This document shows, piece after piece, positions 18,428-28,692 of a DNA stretch of 64,000 bases. The stretch lies in sequence record PP400779; one strand, written 5' to 3'. The translations under genes were made by a program, and so were the position numbers. The stretch comes from Escherichia phage JM17. Under the pieces are notes generated by a model. It saw only the letters and a list, made by a program, of their open reading frames with translations, ran no database searches and was not told where the DNA came from. Each line of letters opens with the position of its first letter. The first letter of the stretch is position 1.

Positions 18428-18607
18428 ATGACACGTAAAGAAAAGATTTCTAAGTTGATGTTTTTGATTGAAGAGTATGCTAATTCTGTATCCGATTGGG
18501 AAAATGCTCATGGTTGCGAAGATGGAGACATCGACATTAACAGAGCTATGAAAAAGATGGCCGACGCCCACACCGAATTGCAAATGTATGTTAACGAGAT
18601 TATGTGA
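18428..18607 (+). CDS. small hypothetical protein
   Basis: ATG 18428 after AGAGGAGAA within a PeSL-like element. Confidence 0.35.
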   Translation: MTRKEKISKLMFLIEEYANSVSDWENAHGCEDGDIDINRAMKKMADAHTELQMYVNEIM

Positions 18608-18614
18608 GGATATT

Positions 18615-18821
18615 ATGCTTTACGATTATACTGGAAAATCTGAAGACGGTGTACTTGAACTTTTACCTGAAAGCGCTGAAGATGATGATATGGTGGTGAT
18701 GTTTTGTAAAAATGGTCCTGGGGATAATGGATGGATTTATCTTCGCCAAGAAAATGACCTAATTGTTTTGGACCCAAAACAAGTTGAAGAACTTTATCAA
18801 CATTTAAAACACAATCGGTAG
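18615..18821 (+). CDS. small hypothetical protein
   Basis: ATG 18615 after GAGGA. Confidence 0.35.
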   Translation: MLYDYTGKSEDGVLELLPESAEDDDMVVMFCKNGPGDNGWIYLRQENDLIVLDPKQVEELYQHLKHNR

Positions 18822-18985
18822 TTTACATCTTGGTAGGACTATGTTATAGTAGTCCTATCAAAACAAACGGAGAACAAAATGAAACTTTTGCTTATCGCTT
18901 ATGTTGTAGTACAATACAATTATCCGATGTTTACCTATAACATGGTAAACGGCATAGTGAATCTTATTGAAACGAGTATGGTAAA

Positions 18986-19165
18986 ATGACCCGTGAACAA
19001 GCTAATAAATTGATGGACCTTATCCGTGACTTACGTGAAGCTGATTCAGATTTGAATGACGTAGCTTATCATGCGGTAAATGATAACGGAGATTTTTATG
19101 AAAATCAGGTTGACGCTTGCCAGAATGCTTTGGTGAATTTTGTTGAAACTTTAATTGGTGAATAA
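18986..19165 (+). CDS. small hypothetical acidic protein (59 aa)
   Basis: not in track (under 60 aa); ORF found by hand. Confidence 0.3.
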   Translation: MTREQANKLMDLIRDLREADSDLNDVAYHAVNDNGDFYENQVDACQNALVNFVETLIGE

Positions 19166-19166
19166 T

Positions 19167-19700
19167 ATGAAAACTGTAATTGAAACAACCGAGTTGTTCG
19201 GTGATTTATGTATCGAAAAACGTGGTTATGTGTATGTTCTGACACAAGAAGATGATGCTGCTACTATTCTTCCTATGGAACTGGATAAGATTTTGAAACT
19301 CAATCCGTCTGGACGTCGTCGAGAGGTAATTAACATTGATGAAGACCTTCAAGTTCGTTTTTATCATGGACTTTATAGTGGGGTTAATATCGAAACCGAA
19401 GATGAATGTTTTTCTATTAATAATTGGAAAACATTTGTCACTAAGGTGAAAGAATTCATGGAATCTGAAACAGCCAAAAAGGCCAAACTTCAATGGGCTA
19501 AATGCCGTAATGCTTTTATTACAAATCAGGACCGCCCTGACTATACAACAGTCCTGGGAGTTAATCCTTCTTATGAAGACGGTGATGTCGTAGTTATTCG
19601 TCAAATTGATGACCTTCGTCAACATATCATTACATTAGACAAAGATGAAGCAGTTGCTCTTAAAGCTTATCTTGATTCTATTATCCCGACTTTGAAATAA
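19167..19700 (+). CDS. hypothetical protein
   Basis: 177 aa. Confidence 0.45.
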   Translation: MKTVIETTELFGDLCIEKRGYVYVLTQEDDAATILPMELDKILKLNPSGRRREVINIDEDLQVRFYHGLYSGVNIETEDECFSINNWKTFVTKVKEFMESETAKKAKLQWAKCRNAFITNQDRPDYTTVLGVNPSYEDGDVVVIRQIDDLRQHIITLDKDEAVALKAYLDSIIPTLK

Positions 19701-19709
19701 GGAATTATT

Positions 19710-20183
19710 ATGATTATCAATGAAAACTCTTGGCATTTTAAAATTTATGCCGCATTCAATAGTACATGGAATCGTCCGAAAACGTTGTGTGCTTATTTTT
19801 GGAAAACGTTAATCCCGGTATTGGCTGTTTCAATTATTGGATTTGCGATTTTAGCAGCAGTCACAATCATTGGCCAGGAAATTTTAACTAAATTCTTTGT
19901 TTTTAGCAGTCTATGGACATTAGTTCCAGCCTCAATCGGTGTAGGCATTTTAATGGTAGCAGTCATGGCTTTTATTGCTACCGGGTTGGTAATTGGTCCT
20001 TCCTGGTTGTTAGACAAATATAACGACAGAAAATATTATAAAGAAATTGAGCTCATTGCACAAAACCAAGAACGAATTAAAAATGGACTTGAGCCTATTG
20101 AACGTAAGAAATCATTAATAGGTGAATACCTTAAAGCTCGTAAAGAAAAAGTCTGTCCTACTCTTGAATATAAGGCTAAATGA
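19710..20183 (+). CDS. membrane protein
   Basis: three hydrophobic helices. Confidence 0.45.
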   Translation: MIINENSWHFKIYAAFNSTWNRPKTLCAYFWKTLIPVLAVSIIGFAILAAVTIIGQEILTKFFVFSSLWTLVPASIGVGILMVAVMAFIATGLVIGPSWLLDKYNDRKYYKEIELIAQNQERIKNGLEPIERKKSLIGEYLKARKEKVCPTLEYKAK

Positions 20184-21169
20184 TGAAAACAATTATGAAA
20201 GGCTACTTTGGTAGCCACCTTTATGGAACGTCTACTCCTGAATCTGACGTCGATTTTAAAGAAATTTATGTCCCTCATGCTCGTGATATCTTGACCGGTA
20301 ACGTTAAAGAACACATGAGCAAGAACACGAATAACACTGCTTCTAAGAACACAAAAGACGACGTAGACCATGAGTTGTATAGTCTCAAATATTTCTTTAA
20401 ACTAGCTGCAGATGGTGAAACCGTCGCATTAGATATGCTTCACACTCCACCGAGTCTAGTAGTTAAATCTGATTTGCCTGATGTATGGAAGTATATTCAA
20501 GATAACAGGTCTCGTTTCTATACCACTAACATGAAATCTTATTTAGGGTATGTCCGTAAGCAAGCTTCTAAATACAGTGTCAAGGGTTCTCGTCTGGCTG
20601 TTCTCCGCCAAGCCCTTAAACGTTCTAATGAATGGGGACAATACTTTGATAACGGTGCAGTAATTCGTTTATCACATATGAAGAATGTTCTGCCTGTAGG
20701 TGAATTTGCTTCGTGGGTTGAAACCGAAAACGAGAAAACAGGTAAGCAAACATTCTATAATCTGTTAGACCGTAAATTCCAAGATACGTTAACCAATAAA
20801 GAGTTCAATGCCATCCTGGTTAAACTGGAAGAGAACTATGGTGAACGTGCTCGTAAGGCAGAAGCTAACGAAGGTATTGACTGGAAAGCATTGAGTCATG
20901 CATGTCGTGGTGGACTTCAACTACTGGAAATTTACAAAACCAGCGACCTGGTTTACCCACTTCAGGACGCTCCATTTATTCTTGATGTTAAGCTTGGTAA
21001 ACATACGTTTAAAACTGTACAAGAATTCCTAGAAGATATCGTTGACCAAGTTGAACAAGCATCAGAACAAGCCGCTAAGAACGGTATGCAACAAAAAGTA
21101 GATATGAGTTTCTGGGATGACTTCCTTGAACAAGTCTATCTCGAAAATCATAATTCTTACTATAAATAA
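20180..21169 (+). CDS. nucleotidyltransferase-fold protein (Pol-beta-like NTase motif)
   Basis: 329 aa; GSHLYGTSTPESDVDF equals the GS-x(9-13)-DxD NTase signature. Confidence 0.5.
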   Translation: MMKTIMKGYFGSHLYGTSTPESDVDFKEIYVPHARDILTGNVKEHMSKNTNNTASKNTKDDVDHELYSLKYFFKLAADGETVALDMLHTPPSLVVKSDLPDVWKYIQDNRSRFYTTNMKSYLGYVRKQASKYSVKGSRLAVLRQALKRSNEWGQYFDNGAVIRLSHMKNVLPVGEFASWVETENEKTGKQTFYNLLDRKFQDTLTNKEFNAILVKLEENYGERARKAEANEGIDWKALSHACRGGLQLLEIYKTSDLVYPLQDAPFILDVKLGKHTFKTVQEFLEDIVDQVEQASEQAAKNGMQQKVDMSFWDDFLEQVYLENHNSYYK

Positions 21170-21200
21170 GTAGATAAATAACCATTAACTTGAGGTAAAT

Positions 21201-21467
21201 ATGAAAAAATTAGTAATTGGTTTATTCGCAGTAATGATGACATTCTCTGTTTGTGCTACCACGGGCGCAGGAGCTGGTGGTAACCAGTCTTCTGGGCCTT
21301 CTAACGGTTCGGTAAATGCATCACATTCTCAGGGTATTGAGAACATTAAATCAAGCTATATTAATAGCACGGCCGGACAAGCAACTGAAGCATGGTCAAA
21401 GGGTCGAGTAGTTACTCGCTCTGTATTCTGTGATATGCCTAATTATGTTGCTAAGTGCGATAAGTAA
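21201..21467 (+). CDS. secreted small protein
   Basis: signal peptide MKKLVIGLFAVMMTFSVCA. Confidence 0.4.
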   Translation: MKKLVIGLFAVMMTFSVCATTGAGAGGNQSSGPSNGSVNASHSQGIENIKSSYINSTAGQATEAWSKGRVVTRSVFCDMPNYVAKCDK

Positions 21468-21575
21468 ATGTGGGGACCTTCGGGTCCCTTTAGGGGGTTA
21501 AAATATTTTTAAAAAGTAGTGTACATGCTTTTAGGATATGTTATTATAGACCTATCAAAACAAGAGGAGAACAAA

Positions 21576-21794
21576 ATGAAAACCAAAATGTTAGAAATGA
21601 TTCGTGAAGCCGGTGATAAAGGTCTTATGGTTAACACTCGTGATGCAGACCAACGTCAAGCATTCGGTGAACTGAAAGCTAAAGGTCTAGTTAAAGCATC
21701 CTTAGGAATCGGTAATGCATTACGAGTCACCTTAACCCCAGCCGGTAAAGCAGTGTTCTTTCAACCTCTTACCAAAAAATCTCGTCGCAAATAA
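21576..21794 (+). CDS. small basic protein, possibly DNA-binding
   Basis: ATG 21576 after AGAGGAGAA. Confidence 0.35.
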   Translation: MKTKMLEMIREAGDKGLMVNTRDADQRQAFGELKAKGLVKASLGIGNALRVTLTPAGKAVFFQPLTKKSRRK

Positions 21795-21863
21795 TTGTTT
21801 ACTTTTGCTTTAAACATGTTATTATAGACCTATCGAAACGAAATGAGTAAATTGGAGAATAAA

Positions 21864-22844
21864 ATGTTCAACGTTCAAATCAAAAAAGGTATCTACCGTA
21901 ATAACGAAATCTCTGGTTCTTATGTTGCCACAAAGACCTGGTTCCCGGCAAAGCTTAATCCTGAATGTTCCCACTTAGGTGATGGTAAAATTTTCGTTAT
22001 GATTGATGGTTCTGAACGTGGAGTATGGGTCTTCAAATCAGACATCGTAATGGAAGGAGTTGAGACATCACCGGTTGCAGTTGTTGAAAGCACCGAAGAT
22101 ATGAAAACTCGTATCAACAAACGCTTTAAAGTAATGAACATGATGACGAATGGCATTATCGATGGCAAAATTCGTTCACTCATTATTTCAGGTGCAGCTG
22201 GTATTGGTAAGACGTATTCTCTGGATAAAGCACTTAATAATGCTAATGATAATGGTTTCATCAAATACAAAAGCATTAATGGTAAAATCTCTGGTATTGG
22301 CCTTTACGAACAACTTTGGCTCAACCGTGATGCAGACAGCGTTCTCTTAATCGACGACGTTGACGTATTCTCAGATATGGACATCTTGAACCTTCTTAAA
22401 GCAGCATTAGATACCGGAGATAAACGCAAAGTTTGTTGGAGCACTGCGTCATCTTATCTCGATGATAAGGGTATTGATAAAGAATTTGAGTTTGAAGGTA
22501 CTATCGTTTTCATTACAAACGTTGATATCGATAAAGAGTTAGAACGCGGTTCGAAACTTGCTCCACACCTTCAAGCTTTAGTATCTCGTTCAGTGTATCT
22601 CGACCTTGGAGTACACTCTAATGAAGAGATTATGGTTCGAGTTGAAGATGTAATATTATCTACTGACATGATGCAGAAACGTGGTCTGACGGATGCAGAA
22701 ACGTATAAAGCATTGTCCTGGATGAAGGCTAATGTATCTCGTCTTCGCAATGTATCATTACGTACCGCTCTTTATGTAGCAGATTTTATTTCAACTGATA
22801 AAGATGGTTGGGAGGAAATCTCTGAAGTAACTTTACTGAAATAA
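21864..22844 (+). CDS. AAA+ / P-loop ATPase
   Basis: Walker A ISGAAGIGKT, Walker B VLLIDDVD; alternative start 21843. Confidence 0.5.
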   Translation: MFNVQIKKGIYRNNEISGSYVATKTWFPAKLNPECSHLGDGKIFVMIDGSERGVWVFKSDIVMEGVETSPVAVVESTEDMKTRINKRFKVMNMMTNGIIDGKIRSLIISGAAGIGKTYSLDKALNNANDNGFIKYKSINGKISGIGLYEQLWLNRDADSVLLIDDVDVFSDMDILNLLKAALDTGDKRKVCWSTASSYLDDKGIDKEFEFEGTIVFITNVDIDKELERGSKLAPHLQALVSRSVYLDLGVHSNEEIMVRVEDVILSTDMMQKRGLTDAETYKALSWMKANVSRLRNVSLRTALYVADFISTDKDGWEEISEVTLLK

Positions 22845-22981
22845 GCTTATAGGAAGTTCTGAGGTAACAAAAGCCATAAAGATGAATAATCATATGGCTT
22901 ACCTCAAAGAAGGACACCAGGAACCTACTGAGGGCATAGAAATATTTAAAATAATGATGTACAAATCAAAGAGGATATGTT

Positions 22982-23269
22982 ATGGATTTTATGCAAAAAA
23001 TTAAAGCCGCAGTCGAACTGTATGCTCATCGTATGGTTAGTTCTACGATGCAATATAGTGAGGAGGTTCGCCAGGACTCTTCCTTGAAAGGAAAAACTAA
23101 AGCCTTAATTACCTTAGATCGTTTGCAAAAGAATGCCATAGAGATGCTCCAGTACGACAAGGGTGTATATAAGAAAGAACAGGAAGAGAAACTTAAATCT
23201 GAAAAATTACAAAAAATCCCGAAGTCTGTTTGGTTCAGTGGAAAAAATACCGAAAAAAGTTTCTTTTAG
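22982..23269 (+). CDS. hypothetical protein
   Basis: 95 aa. Confidence 0.35.
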   Translation: MDFMQKIKAAVELYAHRMVSSTMQYSEEVRQDSSLKGKTKALITLDRLQKNAIEMLQYDKGVYKKEQEEKLKSEKLQKIPKSVWFSGKNTEKSFF

Positions 23270-23327
23270 TTGTTTACAAGGTCTATGGTTATGTTATTAT
23301 AGACCTATCAACTACTGGAGGTAAAAC

Positions 23328-23855
23328 ATGAACGCTAAAGATATTTTCAACCTGGTAAATTATAACGACGGTAAATTTAAATCTGAAGCACAAAGTAAGT
23401 TCTTTAATGACATTGCTTATGGTAACGAGATTACCGTGGACGGAGGTCAGATTTTCAAATCTCGCTGGAATTGGATTGTTATCATCGATTCAGTTGGAAT
23501 TGTGGAAGTCTACAAAAACACTAACAAAAAACGTACATTATTCTGGTCTCGTGAAACTAACGAGCAGTACAAAAAGGATAAAGCATCTCGTTTATCCAAA
23601 GTAACCCAGGAAGATATCGACTTCATTAAGAAAGATATCGAGATGTACGAAAATTTAATCGCTGAAGACCAGGCAGTACTCGATAAGTTTGATGAAATTA
23701 AAGCTTCTCGTGAAATCCCTGACTTCATGAAAGAAACAGTAAACGAACGATACGCTCTCACTTCAGAACGTATTGCAAACTATACAAAACAGAAAGCAGA
23801 ACGTATTAGTACTCTTCGGAAATTTGAAGAACGTTTAAAGACGGTTCACGCATAA
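23328..23855 (+). CDS. hypothetical protein
   Basis: 175 aa; SD GGAGG. Confidence 0.4.
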   Translation: MNAKDIFNLVNYNDGKFKSEAQSKFFNDIAYGNEITVDGGQIFKSRWNWIVIIDSVGIVEVYKNTNKKRTLFWSRETNEQYKKDKASRLSKVTQEDIDFIKKDIEMYENLIAEDQAVLDKFDEIKASREIPDFMKETVNERYALTSERIANYTKQKAERISTLRKFEERLKTVHA

Positions 23856-23917
23856 ACGCTTTACCCAAGGACGGGTTATAATGGTTTTGAGTTCCAATTC
23901 AATCTGAGGAAATAGTT

Positions 23918-24913
23918 ATGAGCATTACATCTGATGCGGTAAAACATGAAATTAACGGTTTATGTGCTTCACAGATTAAAGTGTGGTTTAAAGACCATAA
24001 TGATCGCAGAGCACTTAATTATGAGCAAATTGCTATCCAAGTTCATCAATTACTGGTTAGTAAATTTGATTTTCATATGCCGTCTGAAATCTATACTAAT
24101 CTGCCGCGAGCACTTATTAAAGCGTGTAAAGGTTACGGAAAATCAATGGCTGATGGAATCTTCAGCGCGCTGAATAAACTTAACGTTCTGTCGATGATTA
24201 ACTCTAACAACATCCTGCGTAATCTAGGACGTACTGATTTGTTCGGCCGTGAACAGGGTAAAATGCCTTTGAAATGGATTGTTGCTCATCTTAACGAGAA
24301 CCAAACACGTTTTATGGCCGTAACAGCACGTTTACAAATGGGCCTAGATCGTCAGATGAACTTTAAAACTCATCCATGTTATTCAGGTTCAACAAACTTT
24401 TATAAATGTGAGCTTCAAAAGGTCGGTGGCAAAACTGTCTTAGTAGTTCGTGTAACGTTTGAAGGACGACGTCAAGGATATTTTGACATAATCGGCTCTG
24501 GCCTTAAACATTGTGGATTTATCGACGAAGTTGATATCAAGCGAGACGGCATTGGATACCGTATTGGATATGTTTGTACTCTTAAAGAAGAGATTTCAGG
24601 ACCAGCACCAGGACTAAAAGACGTTAGATATAAAGACGAGCTCGTTGAAGAAATAAAAGAAGTTGAATATGATATCAACCAAGAAGATGCTCTTAAAGAC
24701 CTTATTGATGAACTGAATCAAGACGTTATTCCGGTTCAGAAATTTGAATCAAAACATGCTGAGCAAATCAAATACTTTGAAGCTTTGATTAACGAACTTA
24801 ATGTAACTATTCAACAGACTGACGATGAAATCTCACGATTAGCAGGCTTAAACGGTAAAAATAAAACAGAACGAGCTAATCTTATTCAAGTAGTAAAACT
24901 TCTTAAGGAATGA
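23918..24913 (+). CDS. hypothetical protein with coiled-coil C-terminus
   Basis: 331 aa. Confidence 0.45.
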   Translation: MSITSDAVKHEINGLCASQIKVWFKDHNDRRALNYEQIAIQVHQLLVSKFDFHMPSEIYTNLPRALIKACKGYGKSMADGIFSALNKLNVLSMINSNNILRNLGRTDLFGREQGKMPLKWIVAHLNENQTRFMAVTARLQMGLDRQMNFKTHPCYSGSTNFYKCELQKVGGKTVLVVRVTFEGRRQGYFDIIGSGLKHCGFIDEVDIKRDGIGYRIGYVCTLKEEISGPAPGLKDVRYKDELVEEIKEVEYDINQEDALKDLIDELNQDVIPVQKFESKHAEQIKYFEALINELNVTIQQTDDEISRLAGLNGKNKTERANLIQVVKLLKE

Positions 24914-24970
24914 TGTACAACCAAGGATGGTTGGAGTATAATGAATCTATCTTAACGAGAGGAAAATATT

Positions 24971-25924
24971 ATGACACGTTCACATTACATTGATTATTTT
25001 GCAGGTCTTATCGCTAACGTTCATGCCCAACGTGCTTCTGGTTCATTAGGATTTGATGTTCCACACCGAGTTGTAGTAAGTGGTATTCTTCGCGATTTTG
25101 GTACATACACAGGCCAAGAAAATCATATCTGTAAAGATACTCAGAATGCGTATTCTCATTCATTAGGGACACTGCTTCAATGGTTCAAACGTTCTCGTTT
25201 ATTATCTTCTACTGTAGCTCGCGATAACATTAAAAACTTTATGAAGCCGAGCTTTATTAAATCTGCGACATCTAAAACCGATTTGGTTGAATTCACTATT
25301 GTTAATGATGTTAAAAAGACTCATTTGGCTGATTGGTTATCTACCATTCCTGAAACTAAATTTGCTGATAAATTTGCTTGTGAATTCAATAACCAAGTGA
25401 ATATGCTTTTTAAACATTCTCGTAAATTATTTACAGGTGGCGATGGTCGTACAAATAAAGTTCATGCTAAAGATTGGGTTACTGCAGTATTCAAACCAAC
25501 CGGTAATGGTAACGCATCATTGTCAATTGATATCCAGGTTCCTTATTACTACTCACGTAATCTCGGTACCATGAAAGCCGAAGAAATTAATAAGCGCAAC
25601 AAAACCGTTCGTTCGCTGTCTTATAAACTTTGTACGATGTTACAGATTATGGATGTTGTTGAAATGTTCGACGAAACCGAAGATAACGGTTCAATGTTAT
25701 TCAGTTCTAATATTCGAATTAAGCTGAAGAACCCTAATACATATAAACCTAAGCCTATTAAAGAACCTAAAGTAGAAAAAGTTGATAACTTAAGAGAAGA
25801 ACGCGAATATCTCAAATCTCGTCTGAAAGAAGTCGAAGCCCAGATTGCAGAACAGACTAAATCGTTAAAAGCTCTGAATGCGAAAGCGGATGGTTTACGA
25901 AATGCCATTGAGGTATTGAAATGA
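24971..25924 (+). CDS. hypothetical protein with coiled-coil C-terminus
   Basis: 317 aa. Confidence 0.45.
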   Translation: MTRSHYIDYFAGLIANVHAQRASGSLGFDVPHRVVVSGILRDFGTYTGQENHICKDTQNAYSHSLGTLLQWFKRSRLLSSTVARDNIKNFMKPSFIKSATSKTDLVEFTIVNDVKKTHLADWLSTIPETKFADKFACEFNNQVNMLFKHSRKLFTGGDGRTNKVHAKDWVTAVFKPTGNGNASLSIDIQVPYYYSRNLGTMKAEEINKRNKTVRSLSYKLCTMLQIMDVVEMFDETEDNGSMLFSSNIRIKLKNPNTYKPKPIKEPKVEKVDNLREEREYLKSRLKEVEAQIAEQTKSLKALNAKADGLRNAIEVLK

Positions 25925-26235
25925 AAAAGCGTCTATTAGAAGACATTGCAGCTTCAAGTAATTCCAGTTTAATTAAAATTATTATGGCCGGTGAAGAAGA
26001 CGATCTGGAAATGCGCGGAAAGATTCATGGTTGTGATGATTATAGCAGCCCTATTAATTGGGATTCTGTAATGGTCATGGTTGAACGCCGCGAACGTGCT
26101 TCTAAAAACGTTCCTAATTGCCCTGAATGTGGAACTGAACAGGTGCAATTGGTCCATTGGCAGACTAATAATCTTCGTTATAAATGTCGCCATTGTAAAC
26201 ACCGATTTGACCGAGAAGAAAATGACCAAGCGTAA
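25921..26235 (+). CDS. zinc-ribbon protein
   Basis: CPECGTEQ ... CRHCKH. Confidence 0.45.
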
Positions 26236-26466
26236 AGAATATATGGAGACTGCTGAAAAGGCAGTCCGTGAATTAGCAATAGCTTATTATAATGAACATG
26301 GTAAATTTCCTGATAGATACAGCGTGCTTAAATCAGCTTTAACTCGTTCATATAAAAAATATGCTATCAGAAGTAAGTGATATTATATACAAACATAAAG
26401 AACAAACGGGCCAAAGTCTTGATTACGACGAGACTTTTAAACAAGTACTAGGAATTAAGGAATAAT

Positions 26467-26730
26467 ATGTTTAAAGTATATGGTTATGATAGCAACATCC
26501 ATAAATGTGTGTATTGCGATAATGCAAAACGTCTTTTGACCGTGAAGAAACAGCCATTTGAATTTATCAATATTATGCCGGAAAAAGGTGTTTTTGATGA
26601 TGAGAAAATTGCTGAGCTTCTGACTAAACTAGGTCGTGATACTCAAATCGGCTTGACAATGCCTCAGGTATTTGCTCCTGATGGAAGTCACATTGGTGGA
26701 TTTGACCAACTGCGAGAATATTTTAAATGA
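26467..26730 (+). CDS. nrdC: phage thioredoxin/glutaredoxin (T4 NrdC)
   Basis: 87 aa; MFKVYGYDSNIHKCVYCDNAKRLL... with CVYC active site, matches T4 thioredoxin as recalled. Confidence 0.85.
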   Translation: MFKVYGYDSNIHKCVYCDNAKRLLTVKKQPFEFINIMPEKGVFDDEKIAELLTKLGRDTQIGLTMPQVFAPDGSHIGGFDQLREYFK

Positions 26731-27062
26731 ACGATATTGATTTTGCCAAAGCATATAAATTTGTAGCAACTCTTCTCGGCCCTGACGCTCCTACTAAGCT
26801 TGAAGTTTTAAATTCGATTCCGACTTCATTGGTTCGAGATGCTGAAATATGGACATGGGACGACCCAGCTGTTTGTGAAGACCTGTACATTCTGATGAAT
26901 GACATGATGGTTAAAAAGCCTGAAACAATGGTTACTATTACTGTTGAAGAATATAATCGCCTACAAGCCATCGAAGAGCTTCTGTGGAATGTTGAATCTG
27001 ATTTGCCATCTGGGCTAGAATCCTGGGTTGATTATGAAGAGCTCAATAAGCTCCGCGGTTAA
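26727..27062 (+). CDS. hypothetical acidic protein
   Basis: ATGA overlap with nrdC. Confidence 0.45.
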   Translation: MNDIDFAKAYKFVATLLGPDAPTKLEVLNSIPTSLVRDAEIWTWDDPAVCEDLYILMNDMMVKKPETMVTITVEEYNRLQAIEELLWNVESDLPSGLESWVDYEELNKLRG

Positions 27063-27190
27063 ACCGTGGTATTCGGCTCGATGGGAGACAGTCGAGCCAG
27101 ACGTCGAAACAGTTTACAACGACGAAGAAACATGTTATGATGAGCCTTCAATAAATGAATTAATTGATATGGAAATGGGAAGAGATTATT

Positions 27191-27361
27191 ATGCAAGTTA
27201 AATTATTGTACCGTTTATTAAAAAATGGCAAGCATGATTGGTATTTGCTTATTAAAACCGATCCGAATTTTTTCTCCGGACAACCATTTACAGTTCGTCC
27301 TACTAAACGTCAGCTTCGCAAAGCTAAACGTTCTCATCGTAACTTTTATAACGTTTACTAA
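27191..27361 (+). CDS. small basic protein
   Basis: 56 aa from ATG 27191. Confidence 0.3.
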   Translation: MQVKLLYRLLKNGKHDWYLLIKTDPNFFSGQPFTVRPTKRQLRKAKRSHRNFYNVY

Positions 27362-27400
27362 ATTATAAATACCCTTATCTATTTAAGGTAAGGGTTTATC

Positions 27401-27874
27401 ATGTTATTATCAGGCGCAAAATATAAAGAAGAAAAACAAAAATTTTATGATGCACAGAATGGTAAGTGTCCTATTTGCCACCGTGAATTAGACCCTGATG
27501 TTCAAGGTAACCATCTTGACCACGACCACGAATTAAACGGGCCAAAAGCAGGTAGAGTTCGTGGGTTACTCTGTAATCTGTGCAACGCAGCAGAAGGTCA
27601 AATGAAGCATAAGTTCAACCGTTCCGGTCTTAAAGGACGTGATGTCGACTACCTCGAATGGCTTGAAGCTCTTCTTGTTTATTTGAAACAAGATTATTCT
27701 GATAATAATATCCATCCTAATTTTGTTCCAGACAAAACTAAAGAGTTCTCAAGACTAGGTAAAGAGGAAATGATGGCTGAGATGCTTCAAAGAGGATTTG
27801 AATATAATGAATCTGACACCAAAACACAGTTAATAACTTCATTTAAGAAGCAGCTTAGAAAGAGTTTAAAATGA
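27401..27874 (+). CDS. 49: endonuclease VII (Holliday junction resolvase, gp49)
   Basis: 157 aa; CPICHREL...HLDHDHE...CNLCN zinc/HNH-like motifs. Confidence 0.9.
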   Translation: MLLSGAKYKEEKQKFYDAQNGKCPICHRELDPDVQGNHLDHDHELNGPKAGRVRGLLCNLCNAAEGQMKHKFNRSGLKGRDVDYLEWLEALLVYLKQDYSDNNIHPNFVPDKTKEFSRLGKEEMMAEMLQRGFEYNESDTKTQLITSFKKQLRKSLK

Positions 27875-28692
27875 ATGTAGTATATAAACTATCATTTATT
27901 AGTAGAATTAATGCTAAAACCCCGCCATATTATTATATTGGAAGTAAAACCAATTGCACTTTTGACGGAACGAATATTATTGATAAAAATGGTAAATTTT
28001 ATTATTCGTCTTCGTCATCTTCCGAATTTCAAAAAGCTCTGTTGAAAGAAACACCGAAAGTTGAAATATTATATTTTCAATTAGTCGGAGATGAACAAAT
28101 AACTAGCATTGAAGCTGAATTTCAAAAGAATATAGAAAAAGATATATGGAATAAAGAGTATTTTAATTTAGCATATGCTAATGGTCAATTTACAACGTAT
28201 GGTGTTTCTCCTTCTAAAGAAACTAGAGAAAAGCAATCAATAACCATGATTAAAAGAAATCGTAATAAAGGTAAAAATCATGGATTTTATGGAAAGCATC
28301 ATACTAATTTAGCCAGAAAGAAAATATCAGAAGCTTCTAAAAAATACTGGAAAGAAAATCCACATCATGGATTTTCGCACACAAAGGAAGCTAAAATTAA
28401 AATTGGAATTTCATCTTCTATCAGGCATAAAGGAAGTGGAAATCCGATGTACGGCGTAAAACCTTGGAAAACTCCTAGAGCAATTAAATCTGGTACTTAT
28501 ATATTATGGTTAAAATACGCAGAAATTTTATATGATTATTTAGGTCCGGATTTTAAAAGTAAATCATCTATTTTTGCGGAGTTAAATTTACCGAAATTTA
28601 GAATTGATAATTTCATCAAAAGGTTTAAAATGGGTTGGAACCCATATTTAGACGAAGAATTTCAAAAGGATAAATTAGAATTATGTCTTTAG
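27871..28692 (+). mobile_element. free-standing GIY-YIG-type homing endonuclease gene
   Basis: VYKLSFI...YYYIGSKTN catalytic motif; NUMOD3-like repeats GKNHGFYGKHH and GSGNPMYGVKPW; AT-rich. Confidence 0.55.

Noticed and set aside
22861-22905. Long imperfect hairpin after the AAA ATPase gene as a terminator
   Set aside because: There is no downstream U-run; it may be an RNA processing site or chance palindrome, so it was not listed as a feature.
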